Shown here: positions 60,501 through 64,000 of the stretch, piece after piece
How the letters are laid out: every line of letters starts with the position of its first letter
How positions within the stretch are numbered: the stretch's first letter is position 1
Source of the DNA: Myxococcota bacterium
Lineage (GTDB): Bacteria > Myxococcota_A > UBA796 > UBA2385
NCBI GenBank assembly: GCA_044344255.1
Contig: JBIJDH010000011.1
Location: forward strand, 128,001-192,000
Length of the DNA: 64,000 nucleotides
Reading direction: 5' to 3'
The notes under the pieces: model-generated
Told to the model about the DNA's origin: nothing
Database searches by the model: none
What the model saw: only the letters and a program-made list of their open reading frames with translations
Made by a program: the position numbers and the translations under genes

Positions 60501-60959
60501 GAGGCCAAAGGGGGTGGGCCGGCCAGCCATGCGCTGGAGGTAGCGCACGAGTGCCCTCTCGACCCTCGAGCCCCGATCGCTGTCCGGCGCCGCAAGCCAG
60601 GTGGGCAAATGCGCGCTGAGGCTGGGAGAGGCGACGAAGAGCGCCTCCCGAATGACCGGGTCCTTGAGCTTCTCCCGCAAGAAGGCGCGCAGTCGCTGCC
60701 TGTCCTGCGCCAGCGCAGGGCCGAGCTCCGCTTGAGCTTCGGCTTCGCTCGCCCCCACCGCGCAGAGACCGTCGCCGAAGGCGAGGAGCACCCCAATGGG
60801 CAGGAGCGGAGTACGAAAGGCAAAAAAGTCCCCCGCTATGAAGGTTAACGGGGAGGTCAACGGGGAGCTCAACAGGGGGCTCAACAGGGGGCTCAACGGG
60901 GGTGTCACCGACGGAGAGATGGCGTTCCCTCGAGAGAGACCGCCCCGACGCGCGCGCAT
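57600..60959 (-). CDS. lanB: Full-length class I lanthipeptide-type dehydratase (glutamylation + elimination domains)
   Basis: RTPLLP, REALFVASPSL, RPTPFGLFAG, FLPRV, WLYAKLY, WFFIRY.DP..HLRLR, YEREVERYGG, HM.ANR; start may be a TTG near 60860-60897. Confidence 0.93.
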   Translation of the reverse strand: MRARRGGLSRGNAISPSVTPPLSPLLSPLLSSPLTSPLTFIAGDFFAFRTPLLPIGVLLAFGDGLCAVGASEAEAQAELGPALAQDRQRLRAFLREKLKDPVIREALFVASPSLSAHLPTWLAAPDSDRGSRVERALVRYLQRMAGRPTPFGLFAGTSTGTMGAATVLSLSPRSELRRHSRLDMHYLCVFTEALTADRALRRSFSYTTNTSLYGSAGRIRYVEWRGGRERSYHLVSVEPTDYLLAILERARATAGFDELCSVLVSDEISLVEAYAFVHTLIDSQLLVPLLEPSVTAAQPISSLIECLSASEESRPFADILRETAILIEDLDRGGLGAPPDHYLRIAASLERLPAQVELPRLLQVDMTRPALEATLGRELIDEMRRGLALLHSLSPAVDPFEDFRRRFVARYEGREVPLLEALDEDCGIGGVGAGAEECSPLLAKLDFPAAARPSPGDPRDPHLLRIMHRAIQDGAREIILCQDDLHALRVTAPVPLPASIAVRASVAAPSAAEASAGRFKLWLEASAGGSNLLGRFCHVDPLLRAGVEAHMRQEEASSPDEIFAEIIHLPAGRAGNIICRPRLRRYEIPYLGASAAEAEAQIPVQDLMISVQGGRVRLRSVRLNRTIIPRMANTHDFAGADLGLYQLLCLLRSDGYNLCWSWGSLARAPFLPRVSHGRLVLSLATWVLQPSEVRPLRLARGDERFLRAQELRKQRALPCRLLFGQGDNTLPIDFDNVLSVEAFAALLEEGAEVELREVFPAYDELLCEGSEGRFTHELVVPFLVTSDVPVIPDFPVIPDAAAVGPTAPTGSPPRVTRPGESPALHLFPRAFAPGSRWLYAKLYTGTATADEVLRRVVRPLTELAREAGAERWFFIRYGDPDWHLRLRIEAEPGLLWQQIAPALYACVAPLLEGGQVWRLQLDTYEREVERYGGPVGMALSERLFEADSEAALGIVELLSGDEGNDLRWRFALRGMDLLLNDIGLSIPEKSALVVAIGRGFAEEFGVTPPFERQLDANYRAQRPGLDLLWDPSGSGDDALAPGLSLLAARSLRLAPIVQELRAAARQGQLCVTIQDLGASYLHMQANRLLRGAQRATELVLYDFLRRIYASQLARRRGRT

Positions 60960-60987
60960 CGGGGCGGTTGAGCTCGGAGTGCGTGGA

Positions 60988-61107
60988 TCAGTAGGTCCAC
61001 TTGATCTTGTTGTAGGAGCTGGTCTCGCCGGCCTTCACGTTGGTCTTCACCTTGAAGTCCTTGGCGGTGGTCTTGACGAGGTTGAGCTTGGGGGTGGTGG
61101 TGTCCAT
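60988..61107 (-). CDS. Putative RiPP precursor, 39 aa (MDTTTPKLNLVKTTAKDFKVKTNVKAG-ETSSYNKIKWTY)
   Basis: GGAG RBS 6 nt upstream; strongly G/C-ending codons; stop 28 bp before lanB; co-oriented within the cluster. Confidence 0.85.
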   Translation of the reverse strand: MDTTTPKLNLVKTTAKDFKVKTNVKAGETSSYNKIKWTY

Positions 61108-61170
61108 GAGTGCTCCGGAGTGAACGGCATCAGCGCCTGTTGAATGGATACCCGGCGCCCCCGGCCCGCA

Positions 61171-61218
61171 CATCCTTCATGGATCTTACATCCATGGATC
61201 TTACATCCATGGATCTCA
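61171..61218. repeat. Three 15-bp tandem units containing the palindrome ATCCATGGAT
   Basis: CATGGATCTTACATC x2 plus a variant; starts at the stop codon of the upstream gene, within the precursor's 5' region. Confidence 0.85.
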
Positions 61219-62568
61219 CAACCGCTCGAGGAGCCCGAGGGCGAGGAGCCCGTCGAGGAGCTCGGCCGCCTGCTCCCAGGATCTCCCCGACCACTCCTTG
61301 GCCTCCGCGGCCACGAAGCCCTGGCGCCGCGCATACAGGGTTCGGCCGAAGCGTAAGAGCTCCGGCTCATCGAAGGAGAGCTCCGTGGACCCGGCGCTGA
61401 TCTCGACGGTGGCCGCGCCGGTCTCCGAGAACAGGACACGCTCCTGAATCGGGAGCCTCGGGACCACCCGTAGCCGATCTTCGGGCTCGACCGCCCGCGC
61501 CACGACCGGCCCCCCTTCGACCAGCAGGCCGTTCTTCCAAAGCCGGATGGCATCCTCCGCGGGTAGCATCCGATCCGGGAGCTTCAGCCCCTCCTCGGTG
61601 AGCGGCCCGCCTTCAAAGGCCAGGAGCGCGCTCCAGAGGTCGATCGACGCTACATGGACGTCGAGCGCGCCCTGCACGGGGGTGTAGGCGACGCTCTCGT
61701 TCCCCTCTTCGTACTCCAGGGCCAGGCCCGGGCGGGCGGGGCGAAGGTGGCGAGGCGGAGCGATCGGGGACATCAGGCGGAGGCGGCGGGAGAGGGCCTC
61801 GGCCTCGGGGCCCACCCGCATCAGGACCTCCGACCAGGAGAGCCCCTCCACATCGGCGGCGCAGGCCTCGAAGAAGCTCAGCTCCCGCCCGGCCCAATCC
61901 CCCCACAGCTCCGCATGAAGCTCGGCGCTGATCGTTCCATCATCCTCGATCCAACCGCCAAAGGTCCTCGTGGTCACACGGTTTCGTGTCCCGTTCGACT
62001 GGAAGGCGGCCTGGTAGAAGCCTTGGTGGTGGAGGTGGCGGTTGGCGCAGTCCACCGAGAGCTTCTCCTCCACAAGGGCGAGCAAGAGGGTGAGCTGCTT
62101 CCAGACCTCCGCCCCGGGGATTCCATCTTCCATGAGGCAGAAGAATGTTTGACAGACGGCGTTACGATTCTCCCAGATCGTGCAATCACCGCTATCATAG
62201 TACGGACAACGCATTTCCAGGTCTGCGCCGAATTTTCCCGGGCTGGACTCATAACGGCGGTGGTAACGGGGCGAGGACTGTAGCCCGAATGGACTGAGTC
62301 CGATGCGACGACCGATCTGTTCACGGAGGCGCGAGGCGCCCTCGCCACCCGCGAGCAGCGCTCGTCCGACAGCGAAATTCGGCACATCCGGCCAGTAGGT
62401 GCAGCACTTGACGCTCGGGAGAAAGGCGCGGCCGAGCCCGGTGGCCGGGGGCTTACACATCGCGCAGTCCCCGCAGGTGGCTTTGGGCTCAGAGCCGAAA
62501 CGCCGACCGACGGCCTGTTCCATCCAGCGGGTGTAGGTGGAGTTCAGCGCGGAGCTCGGGTGGGACAC
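61216..62568 (-). CDS. Cys-cluster (YkgJ/FliB-like putative Fe-S or Zn) protein with C-terminal winged-helix-like segments
   Basis: CGDCAMC...KCCTYWP...CPYY...CTIW..R..VCQTFFC. Confidence 0.65.
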   Translation of the reverse strand: MSHPSSALNSTYTRWMEQAVGRRFGSEPKATCGDCAMCKPPATGLGRAFLPSVKCCTYWPDVPNFAVGRALLAGGEGASRLREQIGRRIGLSPFGLQSSPRYHRRYESSPGKFGADLEMRCPYYDSGDCTIWENRNAVCQTFFCLMEDGIPGAEVWKQLTLLLALVEEKLSVDCANRHLHHQGFYQAAFQSNGTRNRVTTRTFGGWIEDDGTISAELHAELWGDWAGRELSFFEACAADVEGLSWSEVLMRVGPEAEALSRRLRLMSPIAPPRHLRPARPGLALEYEEGNESVAYTPVQGALDVHVASIDLWSALLAFEGGPLTEEGLKLPDRMLPAEDAIRLWKNGLLVEGGPVVARAVEPEDRLRVVPRLPIQERVLFSETGAATVEISAGSTELSFDEPELLRFGRTLYARRQGFVAAEAKEWSGRSWEQAAELLDGLLALGLLERL

Positions 62569-62591
62569 GGGCAGCTCAACCTGGGCAGGGG

Positions 62592-63479
62592 CTAATCAGG
62601 AGGGGTGGCGAGGGAGGCGCGCCCGAGGGCGAGCTCCGCGAGGTCATTGAGGTACTGAGTCTGATCTTCGTTCAGGGCCCCACGCTCCAGGGCATCGATG
62701 AGCTCGGTGACCTGCTCGGGCTCGTTGAGGGCGCACAGGATGCCGTCCATCTCGGGACGGGAGAGGGCGTAGCGGTAATAGTCGGTGATGTGCGGGCGCC
62801 AATGCGAGGGTCCGAGGCCCAGCGCCGCGGAGTCGGGTTCGGACAGATATCCGTGCGTGCTCTTGAAGTTGTAGAGGAGGGCCGGGCTACCCTTCGAGAG
62901 CTGCGGAAAGACCTCCTCCTCGGCCCCGCGGTGAAGCGGGTTGTACCGAAGAAATCCGATGTCGATCAGGCCGTGGTTGAGGGCGAGAACTCCGGCTCGG
63001 CGGTCGTGGAAGCTCGCGCCGATCGCCCGCGAGGCGGGCTCGCGCTCGGGTTGATGCGCGCGGTACTCTCCGAGCCGCACCAGGAGGTCGGCGGCATAAG
63101 CGCCCCCGGCGATCGCGAGATCGACCCGCTCCAGCCCTTTGATCGCGGCCACGACCTCGTGGAAGGGCGCGTGACAGAATTCGGGCTGAGTGACGTAGGA
63201 GACGACGCCCACCACGACCTCGTCGCGTACGCCCCCGCCCCGCTCGAAGAGCAGCTCGAGGCCCCGCCGTAGCTTCTCGTAGAGCGGCCAGTGCATGTCA
63301 GCCGTCACAAAGAAGAAGTTGACGCCCGCGTCGAAGGCCGCGGGGACCACCCGCGGGTCGCCAACCAGGCCAAGGCAGACGGGGCTCACCCCGACCGGGA
63401 GGCCGCCCATGCGGTAACGGTGCCTCAAGCTGGGGAGGCTGCGCGCGTTGACCGGGGATTGACGCCGAGGCGGGAGCAT
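62592..63479 (-). CDS. Divergent aldo/keto reductase-like protein
   Basis: VSPVCLG, AFDAGVNFF, IGASFH, RYNPLHRGAEEEVFP, YALSRP; start 63479 or 63410. Confidence 0.7.
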   Translation of the reverse strand: MLPPRRQSPVNARSLPSLRHRYRMGGLPVGVSPVCLGLVGDPRVVPAAFDAGVNFFFVTADMHWPLYEKLRRGLELLFERGGGVRDEVVVGVVSYVTQPEFCHAPFHEVVAAIKGLERVDLAIAGGAYAADLLVRLGEYRAHQPEREPASRAIGASFHDRRAGVLALNHGLIDIGFLRYNPLHRGAEEEVFPQLSKGSPALLYNFKSTHGYLSEPDSAALGLGPSHWRPHITDYYRYALSRPEMDGILCALNEPEQVTELIDALERGALNEDQTQYLNDLAELALGRASLATPPD

Positions 63480-63540
63480 CGGGGCGAAGAGTAGTCGGGG
63501 ACAATCCACGAGTCAAGCATCCGGGTCGGAGGGGGGTCCG

Positions 63541-64000
63541 TCAGTCGCGGCGCGAGGTGCGAAGGCTGGCCAGGACGGTCGCGAGGAGCCCGAGGAGCAG
63601 GCCGCCCCCAGAGGTTGATGTGCTACAGACCCCCTCCTTCGGTCCTGCTCGCACAACGCTCCCGCCACCGTCGTCACCGTCGGGCAGCGCCTCGCCCCCT
63701 GAGCCATCCTCCCCCGGGTCGGCCGAATCGACGACCGCCGTGTCGGCCCCGCCTCCGTCACTCGCCCCCGTGTCTGTCGTGACCCCCGTGTCGGTCGTCG
63801 CCCCCGTGTCGGTTCCGCCCGTGTCTCCGAGACCCTCGTCCACCTCGCCGTCGCAGTCCTGATCCAACCCGTCCGACAGCTCTGTCGCCCCGGGATAGAT
63901 GGAGGGATCGGCGTCGTTACAGTCGCCTGCGTCCTCCGACCACCCGTCCAGGTCGTCGTCGGTCGCGCTCATAGACGACAGGAAGACATAGACCAGCCCC
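63541..64000 (-). CDS. C-terminus of a large surface protein with MopE-type motif and MYXO-CTERM-like sorting signal (5' part outside the window)
   Basis: Frame open to the window edge (GLVYVF, FG-GAP-like); DCNDADPSIYPGATELSDGLDQDCDG; Thr/Asp/Gly linker; GVCST...hydrophobic...RR tail. Confidence 0.8.
   Translation of the reverse strand, partial: GLVYVFLSSMSATDDDLDGWSEDAGDCNDADPSIYPGATELSDGLDQDCDGEVDEGLGDTGGTDTGATTDTGVTTDTGASDGGGADTAVVDSADPGEDGSGGEALPDGDDGGGSVVRAGPKEGVCSTSTSGGGLLLGLLATVLASLRTSRRD

Noticed and set aside
57600..60959. PEARL (small LanB aminoacyl-tRNA ligase) or thiopeptide assignment
   Set aside because: The protein has a full elimination domain, and no YcaO or pyridine synthase gene or Cys-rich core is present.
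61216..62568. Radical SAM enzyme
   Set aside because: Cys spacing is CxxCxxC followed by CC, not CxxxCxxC, and no radical SAM barrel motifs are evident.

Overview
High-GC bacterial chromosomal window. It is most consistent with a Myxococcota-like deltaproteobacterium, judged from a MYXO-CTERM-like tail, MopE-type Cys/Asp repeats, a TIGR04552-like gene and a CglB-like vWA lipoprotein. The left third (1-22.1 kb) is housekeeping: Tat-type TldD, penicillin acylase, thioredoxin-TPR protein, PhoB/PhoR-like pair, Hsp33, OprP-like porin, FKBP, rhomboid, minCDE and mfd. About 22.1-37.2 kb is an accessory patchwork directly downstream of a TonB-dependent receptor gene. It holds three decayed copies of pieces of that receptor gene, two families of duplicated ~85-110 bp non-coding elements, a toxin/immunity-like three-gene operon, a sigma54-driven 36-aa peptide gene and ccdAB. 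37.2-46.6 kb is a TonB2-like (ttpB/ttpC/exbB/exbD/tonB/TPR) operon with the receptor and a lipoprotein. 47-57 kb carries a sigma54 regulator and odd proteolysis genes, including a protease-less FtsH-like ATPase coupled to an M50 protease and a degenerate ClpX. 57.6-63.5 kb is the best candidate for a new system: a RiPP-like cluster with a complete LanB dehydratase, a Cys-free 39-aa precursor, a Cys-cluster protein and a divergent aldo-keto reductase, but no LanC. The precursor's VKTxxxAG motif recurs in the orphan sigma54-driven peptide 32 kb away. No rRNA, tRNA, CRISPR array, integrase or transposase was recognised. All family assignments are by-eye motif recognition, not database searches.
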